DNA of 64,000 nucleotides from IMG/VR virus record IMGVR_UViG_3300006155_000004. One strand, written 5' to 3'. The notes below the pieces were generated by a model. The model did not search any database. It worked only from the letters and a program-made list of their open reading frames with translations, and was not told where the DNA came from. This document shows, one piece after another, positions 1-8,596 of the stretch (positions are counted from its first letter, which is position 1; the number at the start of each line of letters is the position of its first letter). This DNA is from a virus. The position numbers and the translations under genes were made by a program.

Positions 1-90
1 AGAGCCGGACGGACAGCAGACACCGACAGCAGAAGACGGAAAAGAGCCGGACGGACAGCAGACACCGACAGCAGAAGACGGAAAAGAGCC
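1..90 (+). repeat. 42-bp tandem direct repeat (2 copies plus 6 bp) in frame inside the scaffold-like CDS
   Basis: nt 1-42 equal nt 43-84 exactly; 85-90 restarts the unit; encodes EPDGQQTPTAEDGK twice. Confidence 0.9.
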
Positions 91-598
91 TACTGTTCAG
101 GAGCTTATGGTAGAACTCGCCAAGTTGAAAAAGGCGCAGGAGCGCGCTGCAAGCGAAGCGGCAGAGTACAAGAAAAAGTACAACGCAAAGCTGTCTGAGA
201 AAGAAAGAGTAGACGCAGAAAAGGCAGAGCGGGAAGCAGAAAGAGAAGAACAATTCCAGCAGCTTTTGAGGGAAAACAAAATCAACAAACTGGAAAAGTA
301 TTACCTTGGAGAACTTAAATACACGCCGGACGAAGCAAGCCAGATGGCGATCGCAGAGGTTGATGACGATTTTGACGCAAAACTGAAAATTCAGCTTGCT
401 GTAGACAAGAGGAAAAAGAAGGAGTATGAAGCGGAATTTATTAAATCAAGACCGCAGATGAATGCCGGAACGGGTGACGGAAAGGTTGTTACATTAGAAC
501 AGTTCACAAAGATGGGGGTAGCGGACAGGGTTAAACTCAAACGCTCCGACCCAGACGGATATGAAAGATTAAGAAAGGCAGAACAGGGAGGAAAATAA
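2..598 (+). CDS. head scaffolding-like protein, 5' end outside window
   Basis: Frame open from window edge through ATG 107; K/E/A-rich coiled coil (KKAQERAASEAAEYKKKYNAKLSEKERVDAEKAEREAEREE); directly upstream of capsid gene. Confidence 0.6.
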   Translation, partial: EPDGQQTPTAEDGKEPDGQQTPTAEDGKEPTVQELMVELAKLKKAQERAASEAAEYKKKYNAKLSEKERVDAEKAEREAEREEQFQQLLRENKINKLEKYYLGELKYTPDEASQMAIAEVDDDFDAKLKIQLAVDKRKKKEYEAEFIKSRPQMNAGTGDGKVVTLEQFTKMGVADRVKLKRSDPDGYERLRKAEQGGK

Positions 599-601
599 AA
601 T

Positions 602-1435
602 ATGGCATTACCAGCAGGAGTTACAGGAATTGCAGATTTGTTCGACCCAGAGGTGGTCGGAGACCTTATTAACAAGAAACTGATTGACGAAATTAGGTTT
701 ACGCCGCTTGCACTTGTAGATGATACGCTTGAAGGGCAGCCGGGGAGCAAGGTCAAACTTCCGTCATTTAATTATGTAGGAAGCGCAGAGAAGGTAGCAG
801 AAGATGAAGACCTGCCAATCAAGAAATTAACGCAGACCGAAGAAGAAGTTGAAATCATGGAGTATGGTCTTGGAATTGAGATTACAGACAGAGGGGCTGT
901 TATGGGATTTGGAGATCCTCTCGATGAAGCCGCAAGGCAGATTACGATTGCCGTTGCGGACGGGGTAGAGAGCAGCATAATTGACGCAGCAAGCACAACA
1001 GCTTCTTTGGTCGGAACATCTACGGCAACAAAGGTTACAGACAGGATTGCAGAGGATCTGGAACTTTTCGGGGAGGAAATCGACGGAGAAAAAGTTCTTG
1101 TGGTTCCCCCAAAAGTGCATACAGCATTAAGAAAATCATCTGACTGGATTCCAAATACACAGATGGGCGCAGACATCATTGTAAAGGGAACGGTAGGGAT
1201 GATTTACGGATGCCAGATTGTTACGTCCAACAGGCTGAAAACAAAGAATGAGGGATTTATCATCAAGCCAGGTGCACTGGCTATCATTTCAAAGAGAAAT
1301 ACGCTTGTAGAGTTTGACAGGGATATTCTTGGAAGAAAAACCCTGATTACAGGCTCCAAAATGTTTGCCCCATATGTTTACGACAAAAGCAAGTTAATAA
1401 AGATTAGTTTTGGTGGCGGAAGTACGGGGGCATAG
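602..1435 (+). CDS. major capsid protein (small HK97-fold / N4-gp56-like type)
   Basis: 277 aa, starts 4 nt after scaffold stop; scaffold-capsid synteny; sequence style of small Firmicute phage capsids (memory only). Confidence 0.65.
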   Translation: MALPAGVTGIADLFDPEVVGDLINKKLIDEIRFTPLALVDDTLEGQPGSKVKLPSFNYVGSAEKVAEDEDLPIKKLTQTEEEVEIMEYGLGIEITDRGAVMGFGDPLDEAARQITIAVADGVESSIIDAASTTASLVGTSTATKVTDRIAEDLELFGEEIDGEKVLVVPPKVHTALRKSSDWIPNTQMGADIIVKGTVGMIYGCQIVTSNRLKTKNEGFIIKPGALAIISKRNTLVEFDRDILGRKTLITGSKMFAPYVYDKSKLIKISFGGGSTGA

Positions 1436-1446
1436 GAGGGTTCGCT

Positions 1447-1719
1447 ATGGGAATGATTTACCACAAAAAAAGAATGTGGAAAAAACTGAGTGAAAAAGAG
1501 GGTTCAGAACCGAAAAATCAAAATATGGATTACTGGGAAACAGAACGAGAAAAAGAAGAAACAAATTACAACGAACAGATGAATTATACAAAAACAGACA
1601 TCAATAAAATGCCAACATCTCAGCTTCAAAGACTTGCAGCAGAATCGGGCATAGAGGATGCAGAGCAGAAAAACGGAGGGGAATTAAAGAAGCTGCTGAT
1701 TGAAAAATTTTCTTTGTAA
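1447..1719 (+). CDS. hypothetical head-module protein with Rho-N/SAP-like C-terminal helix-extended-helix
   Basis: SD AGGAGGG before ATG; C-terminus MPTSQLQRLAAESGIEDAEQKNGGELKKLLIEKF resembles Rho_N/SAP motif. Confidence 0.45.
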   Translation: MGMIYHKKRMWKKLSEKEGSEPKNQNMDYWETEREKEETNYNEQMNYTKTDINKMPTSQLQRLAAESGIEDAEQKNGGELKKLLIEKFSL

Positions 1720-1731
1720 GGCGGTGAAAAT

Positions 1732-1881
1732 ATGATTGATAAAAACGGAAATGAGAAAAAATACAGAAAAATTGATTGGGGAGAAGGGCCGAAAACAAAG
1801 ACAGATATAGGAGCGAACCCAACATGCGTTATTGACTGTGAGATACAAGAGAGAGACGACGGGAGAGTGGTTCTGTGCTGA
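1732..1881 (+). CDS. hypothetical small protein (49 aa)
   Basis: ATG 1732, TGA 1879-1881, fills gap between neighbours; below ORF-track cutoff. Confidence 0.3.
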   Translation: MIDKNGNEKKYRKIDWGEGPKTKTDIGANPTCVIDCEIQERDDGRVVLC

Positions 1882-2210
1882 CATTGGAAAGCGATATACT
1901 GGAAGATTTGACGGCTGAATTATCGGAAACAGATAAGAAGTTCAAACAGTCCATCATGATTCTGAAAATCAAAAATGCAATAAGAGAAGTGAAGCGGGCA
2001 AGGAATTACCCGAAACACTATACAGAAAGCGCAATCGTGGAAGATTTGGAAAACTACTATTCCAACATCCGAAGCATTGCGCTTTTTGATTACAACATGA
2101 TAGGTGCAGAGGGGCAGTCGTCGTCATCCGAAAATGGAACATCGAGGAATTTCATAGACCGGGATAAGCTGTTTAGCGGCATTATCCCGTTGTCGAGAAC
2201 AGGGAGGTAA
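1875..2210 (+). CDS. head-tail connector (gp6-like) candidate
   Basis: 111 aa, GTG start overlapping previous stop; size and position after capsid; acidic N-terminus typical of gp6-type adaptors. Confidence 0.45.
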   Translation: MLTLESDILEDLTAELSETDKKFKQSIMILKIKNAIREVKRARNYPKHYTESAIVEDLENYYSNIRSIALFDYNMIGAEGQSSSSENGTSRNFIDRDKLFSGIIPLSRTGR

Positions 2211-2213
2211 AAT

Positions 2214-3068
2214 TTGAAGTATATTAATTATGACGTAAAAAGCATGGCAATCAGTCCATCGCAAGGAGAAAAGGCAAAGCTTATCAGCGGCGCAGTTAAC
2301 TACTTTGGTGTGTATTTCAATTTTGACGATGAGTTTGCTGCAATCCCTGGGGGAAAGGCAGTTGAGTTTTACAAAAACAAGCAGACAAGACGGGTTGACC
2401 TTGTAGAAAACCAGTGTGCCATTCCAAATGAACTGCTGACTGATAACAAAAATTTTGAAATGCGAGTTATCAGCGGCAATACAATCGGCACAACGTGGGC
2501 AAGCGTGGCGATTACAGAAAGCGGAGTCATCATGCCAGAGGAACCGGAAGAAGAAGCGCCGTCCGGCATGGAATATGTCAAGACCGTAAGTGGCGACGAA
2601 GCGGTTCCTTATTTAAGAGAGGCTTCCAACGGTCTGGAATACTCAAAAGACGGAGTAGATTGGAATAGCGGACTGGACGGCGTTCCAGAAGTTCCGGCGA
2701 CTCCAAAGGGGGCAATATTCGGAAGGGCAAATAAGGACTGGGTGCGCATCGACAAGATGATTGATGAACTAAAAGAACAGGTTTCCAATCTGACAGGCTC
2801 AAACGCAATCGTCGAGGTAAAAGTTGATGGGGTGGCACTTACTCCGGTTGACGGTTCGGTTGACATTGATTTGTCTGCATACGCAAAGACGGCAGACGTT
2901 ACAAGCGAATACGCCACAAAGACGGAGGTTGCAGATTTACAGACCCTAACCGGAGCGGCAACCGGGCTGACAGACCTTGATTATTCCGAAACGGACACGA
3001 CAAATATCGTGACAAAAATCAATGAGATTGCTGCGTTGCTACGGGCAAGAGGCATAGCGACAGAATAA
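2214..3068 (+). CDS. putative virion fibre/decoration-like structural protein
   Basis: 284 aa, TTG start; beta-rich N-half, acidic linker PEEPEEEAPSG, C-terminal repetitive T/D/V segment; function uncertain. Confidence 0.35.
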   Translation: MKYINYDVKSMAISPSQGEKAKLISGAVNYFGVYFNFDDEFAAIPGGKAVEFYKNKQTRRVDLVENQCAIPNELLTDNKNFEMRVISGNTIGTTWASVAITESGVIMPEEPEEEAPSGMEYVKTVSGDEAVPYLREASNGLEYSKDGVDWNSGLDGVPEVPATPKGAIFGRANKDWVRIDKMIDELKEQVSNLTGSNAIVEVKVDGVALTPVDGSVDIDLSAYAKTADVTSEYATKTEVADLQTLTGAATGLTDLDYSETDTTNIVTKINEIAALLRARGIATE

Positions 3069-3190
3069 AATAGAAATAGTCAGCCGATTGTGCGTACCGT
3101 CACGTTGCGAAGCGGCGGGGCGTTGCAGGGCATCCGTCATCAGGCGGTGGAGGGCAGACGGATAAAAGAAACGGAAGGGATTGATAAGTT

Positions 3191-3517
3191 ATGACATTAC
3201 CAATCGTTATCAGCCTTATTGGCTTGTGCGTAAGCGCTTTGTCGGTGGGTGCTGCTATTTATTTCAGCTCAAAAAACAGCCGGCACACAGACATAAAAGA
3301 CATCGAGCGCCAGGTTGCGGAACGTACAGAAGTAAACTTGAAGCTCGATACTATAAATCAGAACACACAGGAAATCCGGTATGACGTATCAGCGGTGAAA
3401 AAGGACGTGCAGAAACACACAGAAAAAATAATCGAACTGGAACAGTCCGCGCGTTCGGCGCACCACCGACTGGACGGACTTGAAGACCGTCTAAATGCAA
3501 GGGAGGTGCAGGAATGA
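3191..3517 (+). CDS. membrane-anchored coiled-coil protein (holin-associated/XhlA-like role possible)
   Basis: N-terminal TM (LPIVISLIGLCVSALSVGAAIYF) then heptad coiled coil; overlaps start of holin-like gene (ATGATG). Confidence 0.45.
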   Translation: MTLPIVISLIGLCVSALSVGAAIYFSSKNSRHTDIKDIERQVAERTEVNLKLDTINQNTQEIRYDVSAVKKDVQKHTEKIIELEQSARSAHHRLDGLEDRLNAREVQE

Positions 3518-3720
3518 TGGATGATAGATTTGTCAGATGGATAAAAGCGGCGGGAATCAGGGCCGGAAAAACAGCATCACAGGTAGCCTTGTCTATGATT
3601 ACGGTAGGTCAAGCGGTTATGGACGTGAACTGGGTAAATGTATTGTCGGTATCTGCGGTTGCGGCGGTTATTTCTATTCTGACAAGTGTTGCAGGACTGC
3701 CAGAGGTTAAGGAGGAATAG
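3514..3720 (+). CDS. small holin-like protein (r1t/Dp-1-type pattern)
   Basis: 68 aa; RAGKTASQVALSMITVG...VNWVNVLSVSAVAAVISILTSVAGLPEV matches two-TM small holin pattern seen in Firmicute phages (memory). Confidence 0.55.
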   Translation: MMDDRFVRWIKAAGIRAGKTASQVALSMITVGQAVMDVNWVNVLSVSAVAAVISILTSVAGLPEVKEE

Positions 3721-3722
3721 CT

Positions 3723-4097
3723 TTGTCAAAAGAAACTCAATTTGATTTTGCTTCATGGGAGCCACCAAGAGACTATTTGTACATAGAAGAAAAACAATCC
3801 CCAAAAGGACTTAGAGATATAATTGTTGAGGAAGTTGATATCTTAAAAACAACAGAGAAGCTTAGTGAAAGAGTTAGAAAAGAAGCAATTAAAGGAATGA
3901 CCGAAGAACAAATTTTATCTTACGACCTTGGGGCAAATAATACATTGAACTGCTTAAAATCATTAATTTTCAATGAAGCAAGAAAAGAAGAAAACCTCTT
4001 AATTTATCAGAAGAACGGAAAGAGCCGGAACGTTCGCAGATACAGAAAACTTTCTGATGTTCTGAAAGAAGCGGACAACGAGGCGGTGGTCGATTGA
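3723..4097 (+). CDS. hypothetical protein
   Basis: 124 aa, TTG start behind AAGGAGG. Confidence 0.5.
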   Translation: MSKETQFDFASWEPPRDYLYIEEKQSPKGLRDIIVEEVDILKTTEKLSERVRKEAIKGMTEEQILSYDLGANNTLNCLKSLIFNEARKEENLLIYQKNGKSRNVRRYRKLSDVLKEADNEAVVD

Positions 4098-4567
4098 GAA
4101 CCCTCCTAAAAAACAAGCAATCCATGAAATACGCCCTCCAAATCGGAGAAGTGCCAATCTACAACCGTGATGAAAACGGCGAAATCATATACGAGTACTA
4201 CGAGGACAGCGACGGGAATATCATCTATTACCTTGATGAAAACGGAAATAAAATACCGTCTGAAACAGGGGAATATGAGATAGGCTATAGCGAGCCTGTC
4301 TATTTTTTATCCAGTTTAGCAATGAGCGGTGGAGAGGCAGAGGCGCAGGAATTTGGATTGTCAACCTCTGACTATAACGCCACTCTGCTATGTCAAAAAG
4401 GTGATTATCCAATCGTTGAGGGTAGCCTTATTTGGACGAAAAGCGAGGTAGGGTACAAAGATACCAACAATGAGATTATCGACCCTATATCGGCAGATTA
4501 TGAGGTCATAAAGGTATCTGAAAGCCTTAATTTTGTGAAGTATGTGTTAAAGGCAGTAGTAAAATAA
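4094..4567 (+). CDS. hypothetical protein (possible head-closure/adaptor by position)
   Basis: 157 aa ORF overlapping previous stop; no recognised motif. Confidence 0.4.
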   Translation: MRTLLKNKQSMKYALQIGEVPIYNRDENGEIIYEYYEDSDGNIIYYLDENGNKIPSETGEYEIGYSEPVYFLSSLAMSGGEAEAQEFGLSTSDYNATLLCQKGDYPIVEGSLIWTKSEVGYKDTNNEIIDPISADYEVIKVSESLNFVKYVLKAVVK

Positions 4568-4596
4568 ATTAGACAGATAGAAAGGAAGATAGAAAG

Positions 4597-4926
4597 ATGA
4601 TTTTACAGTATGAAATGAACGGAAAAGAAATATATAGAGAGGCGGAGCAAATTGCTTTTTCAGAGATTGTCGCAGTTGGGAAACAATTTGATGACGTATA
4701 TTCTGTACTTGACTTTGCAAAAGAACAGATAAAATACACGCCAGACACCATAGAAATTTGTTCTCCGTCTTTGGATGATAAAGATAGGATAAAAGAAATG
4801 AAAACCGTAAAAATGGTTGTATTGAGCAATGGACCTAAAAAGAAAGATAATGAAACTCTTTTGTTTGACGAGCAGTCAGAATCCTATTTGCTTAACAACA
4901 ATGGAAAAACACTGAAAAAGTTTTAA
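4597..4926 (+). CDS. hypothetical protein
   Basis: 109 aa, SD GGAAG upstream of ATG. Confidence 0.5.
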   Translation: MILQYEMNGKEIYREAEQIAFSEIVAVGKQFDDVYSVLDFAKEQIKYTPDTIEICSPSLDDKDRIKEMKTVKMVVLSNGPKKKDNETLLFDEQSESYLLNNNGKTLKKF

Positions 4927-4937
4927 GGCGGTAGCGC

Positions 4938-5261
4938 ATGGAAAAGAAAACAGTAAATATTCTTGGAGCAGAATATACGATTGAAACAGATGAAGAAATC
5001 CTAAAAGATGGCGCAGACGGCATCTGCCATCCATACTCCAATCGGATAAGGATAAGACCAAAAGAGAATATGCTTGGTGACGGAGATACAAAAGAAGAAA
5101 AAGACCGGTGTTATAAGGAAACGCTTTCTCACGAATGTATTCATGCGTATTTTAGGGAAAGTGGACTGTACAGCTACATGAAAGACGAGGTTCTCGTAGA
5201 TTGGATTGCAACGCAATTTCCGAAAATGGCTAAGACTTTTTGGGAATTGGATATTTTGTAG
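4938..5261 (+). CDS. small HExxH zinc-metallopeptidase-like protein
   Basis: 107 aa with HECIH (HExxH) motif in ETLSHECIHAYF. Confidence 0.45.
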   Translation: MEKKTVNILGAEYTIETDEEILKDGADGICHPYSNRIRIRPKENMLGDGDTKEEKDRCYKETLSHECIHAYFRESGLYSYMKDEVLVDWIATQFPKMAKTFWELDIL

Positions 5262-5269
5262 GAGGATAT

Positions 5270-5530
5270 ATGGAAACCATTAAACACATTACGGCAGAAG
5301 TCGGGGAAGAATGCAAGGTAGATGTTGAAATGCTTCATGAAACGCTTACAAAACTTCCAGCTAAAATGTACTTTGAACTGTACAGAAAGATGTATGAAAA
5401 AATATATGGGCTGCCGCCGTTTATGGGATTTAACGGGGGATGCTGCGGGATGATTGGAGAAATACAAGAGGATAATGCAAAGCATTATAAAGAACAGCCG
5501 AAAATATCGAAATCATATGCGGTTGGATGA
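5270..5530 (+). CDS. hypothetical protein
   Basis: ATG 5270 behind GTAGGAGG; 86 aa. Confidence 0.5.
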   Translation: METIKHITAEVGEECKVDVEMLHETLTKLPAKMYFELYRKMYEKIYGLPPFMGFNGGCCGMIGEIQEDNAKHYKEQPKISKSYAVG

Positions 5531-5542
5531 GAGGATAAGGAT

Positions 5543-5713
5543 ATGAGTCCAGAAGAATTTTATGAAAAAATGTTACAATTAAAAAATGATTTTGGAGATA
5601 ACGAAGAAATGGTTCATATAAAAATGGACGACCTTTTATGCAAAGTGTTATCAGCACTTGGATATAGCGACGGGGTTGAGGTTTTTAACGAAACGGGAAA
5701 GTGGTTTTCGTAA
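5543..5713 (+). CDS. hypothetical small protein (56 aa)
   Basis: ATG 5543, TAA 5711-5713; MSPEEFYEKML...KWFS. Confidence 0.4.
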   Translation: MSPEEFYEKMLQLKNDFGDNEEMVHIKMDDLLCKVLSALGYSDGVEVFNETGKWFS

Positions 5714-5746
5714 TAGAGATATTGCGCGCTTTATAGGAGGAACGGC

Positions 5747-5950
5747 ATGGAAGTTAAAAAATTCAATAAAATTGAAATCGTGTCAAATGGGGAGGGGACA
5801 AATGTGTTTATTGACGGAGAAAAAGTTGACTTGGAAGACGTAACAGAGCTTACACTTGGAATTGCAAAAGACACAGACGGGAAATTTTCGCACATTGAAC
5901 TTTTGGCAAAGAGAAGACTGTGTTTTTTAATCACGAAAAAAAGAAAATAA
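5747..5950 (+). CDS. hypothetical protein
   Basis: 67 aa behind ATAGGAGG. Confidence 0.45.
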   Translation: MEVKKFNKIEIVSNGEGTNVFIDGEKVDLEDVTELTLGIAKDTDGKFSHIELLAKRRLCFLITKKRK

Positions 5951-5953
5951 CAA

Positions 5954-6457
5954 ATGGCAAAGAAAATACTTAAAGCCAATCTATCGGTTTCATCAATCCG
6001 CCAGCTACAACAAGACCTCGAGAAATACAAAACAGACATAGAGCGAAAATGCAATCTGTTTGCGGAACGCCTGGCGCAAGAGGGTGTAAGCATAGCAAAA
6101 ATGAATATCGGAGTATATGACGCAATATACACCGGAGAGCTTCTTGCGAGCATTAATTATGAACAGGGCGGGGTCATACAGCATGGTTCCAAGTGGGTTG
6201 TATACACAAACTGCCCGTGGGCCCTATTTGTAGAATTTGGAACTGGAATTGTAGGTGAACAAAATCAGCACCCAGTCACATCAATTATCGGATGGAAATA
6301 CGACGTAAACGACCACGGCGAAAAGGGATGGTTTTATTTTAGGGACGGAGAATGGCACTGGACAAAAGGAATGCCAAGTCGTCCGTTTTTTTATGAAACC
6401 GGAATGGAACTGAGACAAAATATCGTGCGGATTGCAAGGGAGGTTTTCGGGACGTGA
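5954..6457 (+). CDS. HK97 gp10-like head-tail joining protein
   Basis: 167 aa; N-terminal coiled segment then ...YTNCPWALFVEFGTG motif typical of gp10-family tail-attachment proteins (memory). Confidence 0.55.
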   Translation: MAKKILKANLSVSSIRQLQQDLEKYKTDIERKCNLFAERLAQEGVSIAKMNIGVYDAIYTGELLASINYEQGGVIQHGSKWVVYTNCPWALFVEFGTGIVGEQNQHPVTSIIGWKYDVNDHGEKGWFYFRDGEWHWTKGMPSRPFFYETGMELRQNIVRIAREVFGT

Positions 6458-6514
6458 GGGGTAAGGAATCTCTTTTTTTAGTTTAAAAAATAAATCATCA
6501 GGAGGTATGAATTT

Positions 6515-7195
6515 ATGTTAGTAGAAATCATTGGAAAAAGAAACGAAGAAAGGCTTATCACTACAAGTCTTAAAATTGCTGAAAAGTTCGGCAAGGAACA
6601 CGCCCATGTCCTCAGAGATATTCGGGATATGGAATGTAGCGATGCGTTTAGAGAATCCAATTTTGGATTGTCCTCTTATAAGTCCACACAAGGAAAAGCA
6701 TTGCCAATGTACGAAGTGACAAGGGATGGGTTCACCTTGTTGGCTATGGGATATACCGGAAAAGAAGCAATGAAGTTCAAAGAGGACTACATCAACGCGT
6801 TTAACGCAATGGAAAATGAATTAAAACGCATTTACACCGAGCGTCAACAATGGAAGATAGAGCGTGACAAAGGCGTTGTTATTCGTCACATCCTCACAGA
6901 CACAATCAAGATGAAGATTGCAGACAGCCCACACAAGCGGTTTGCATATCCAAATTATACAAATCTGATTTACCGAACTTTGTTTGGAAAAACCGCAAAA
7001 GAACTTGAACAGGAATGTGGCGTAAAGGCAAGAGAAAATTTAAGGGATTATTTTACCGGAAATGCCTTGGAACAGGTACAGAGCATGGAAATGCTGGTTT
7101 CAAGCCTTATCGGGTGTGGTTGGGGATATGAAAAAATAAAAGAATTTGTATCTGAAAACTGCAAATATAAGATTGAGGAGGAAATACATGATTAA
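6515..7195 (+). CDS. Rha-family phage regulatory protein (paralogue A)
   Basis: N-terminus ITTSLKIAEKFGKEHAHVLRDIRD...MTRDGFTLLAMGYTGKEAMKFKEDYINAFNAME = Rha domain; C-terminal domain shared with 9652-10345 and 15727-16374. Confidence 0.8.
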   Translation: MLVEIIGKRNEERLITTSLKIAEKFGKEHAHVLRDIRDMECSDAFRESNFGLSSYKSTQGKALPMYEVTRDGFTLLAMGYTGKEAMKFKEDYINAFNAMENELKRIYTERQQWKIERDKGVVIRHILTDTIKMKIADSPHKRFAYPNYTNLIYRTLFGKTAKELEQECGVKARENLRDYFTGNALEQVQSMEMLVSSLIGCGWGYEKIKEFVSENCKYKIEEEIHD

Positions 7196-7355
7196 AACAA
7201 AAACCAGAGAAATCACAAAAGAATATGACCCAATCAGCGGAAATGTTCTGCGGAAAATTAAAACCAAGTCTGTAACGACGGACGATACAAACTATGTGAG
7301 CAAAGAAAATGACTATGATTCAGAAGAGCTTCCGTTTCGGGATGTGAGGTGGTAA
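7188..7355 (+). CDS. hypothetical small protein
   Basis: ATG 7188 behind GAGGAGG; 55 aa. Confidence 0.4.
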   Translation: MIKTKTREITKEYDPISGNVLRKIKTKSVTTDDTNYVSKENDYDSEELPFRDVRW

Positions 7356-7357
7356 AT

Positions 7358-7624
7358 ATGTCAGTAGCAAGAATTATTACAACGACAGAAAAGTTTGGCG
7401 AGATGGGAAAGCTAGTTGAGAGGATTGAAACGGAGGAATTTCCGGAAGAATGCGGATGCAGATGCGGAAAACAGGAAGAAAACAAATCTAAAAGCGAAGA
7501 AATCAATCAAGAATTGATAGACTCGGGGTTCCAGGTGTTTAAAAGCACCAAATTAATGTGCGAGATTTTAGAAGAAATAGGGCGAATGAAATCTTTTGGG
7601 GTTCCATGCCCGTTTTTCTGGTAA
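7358..7624 (+). CDS. hypothetical protein
   Basis: ATG 7358 behind GTGAGGTGG; 88 aa. Confidence 0.4.
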   Translation: MSVARIITTTEKFGEMGKLVERIETEEFPEECGCRCGKQEENKSKSEEINQELIDSGFQVFKSTKLMCEILEEIGRMKSFGVPCPFFW

Positions 7625-7639
7625 CTGGCGGCGATATAA

Positions 7640-8035
7640 ATGCTCGACAGCATAGAAAGCCAGATTTTTTCGCTCATAAAAGCAAAATTTCCAGAACGGG
7701 TAAAAAAGAAATACCCAGACCTAGATTTTACTACAATCGACAAATCATCCACAAAGCCAAAATTCCCGACCGTCTACATACATCTTATGGAACCGACAGA
7801 GGCAGGAGAAACGCTTGAAGGCTCATCTTTGAATGCTGTAAACGCATCGTTTCAGATTGATGTAAGCGACAACCAGAGCCAGGCAAGGGCGGATGAAGTG
7901 GCAAAAGAGATATTAAAAATCATGAAATCCATGCGGTTTTCGGCAAAACCATTACCATTCCATAACAACGTCGGGGATGTGTACCGGACAACCGCAAGAT
8001 ACCGGAGACTTATCGGAGCCAGGGACATTATATAG
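7640..8035 (+). CDS. tail completion/terminator-like protein (by position)
   Basis: 131 aa directly upstream of tail tube gene. Confidence 0.4.
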   Translation: MLDSIESQIFSLIKAKFPERVKKKYPDLDFTTIDKSSTKPKFPTVYIHLMEPTEAGETLEGSSLNAVNASFQIDVSDNQSQARADEVAKEILKIMKSMRFSAKPLPFHNNVGDVYRTTARYRRLIGARDII

Positions 8036-8070
8036 AAAGTTAACCAGAGAGCAGCAATGCTCTTATTTTT

Positions 8071-8086
8071 ATGCAAATTTTTAAGG
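8071..8086 (+). repeat. degenerate copy of post-terminator motif ATGCCCATTTTTAAA
   Basis: hairpin agagc-N6-gctct + TATTTTT, then ATGCAAATTTTTAAGG, then SD of tail tube gene. Confidence 0.5.
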
Positions 8087-8097
8087 AGGGATGACCT

Positions 8098-8574
8098 ATG
8101 GCAGCTCAAGCACTAAGCACTATAGGAGTGATTTTCGGATGGGGACTTGGTACGATGACAACCCCGCCGACAGAATTTAAACAAATAGAGGAATGCATAA
8201 GCATCGGTGGCGTAGAAGTTACACAGGACAAACTCGACGCAACCCCGCTGGAATCGAAAAGAAAAAAATATGTCGCTGGGCACGAGGACACAGGAGGCGA
8301 ACTTCAGACCGTTTTCAATAATACGGACACATTTGACGACCAGTGGGACGAAATGAAAGACGCATACAACAACAGGACAGCAGGGCAGTCCATGTGGTTT
8401 TGCGCATACCATCCGGGAAAAGAAAAAATGGCTCCGTACATAGTCGAGCCGGGATCCAGACCCAGGTCTGAATACGCAGTTGGAAACGTGTTGCAGTACA
8501 CGATCACAAACACACTGGTTGATTTGCCAGAAGAAATCCCGGCGGTCAGACCAACAGCACCAACAACTACTTAA
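8098..8574 (+). CDS. major tail (tube) protein
   Basis: 158 aa behind AAGGAGGG; immediately precedes chaperone pair with -1 slip. Confidence 0.6.
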   Translation: MAAQALSTIGVIFGWGLGTMTTPPTEFKQIEECISIGGVEVTQDKLDATPLESKRKKYVAGHEDTGGELQTVFNNTDTFDDQWDEMKDAYNNRTAGQSMWFCAYHPGKEKMAPYIVEPGSRPRSEYAVGNVLQYTITNTLVDLPEEIPAVRPTAPTTT

Positions 8575-8596
8575 CAACAGAAAGGACTCACATATT

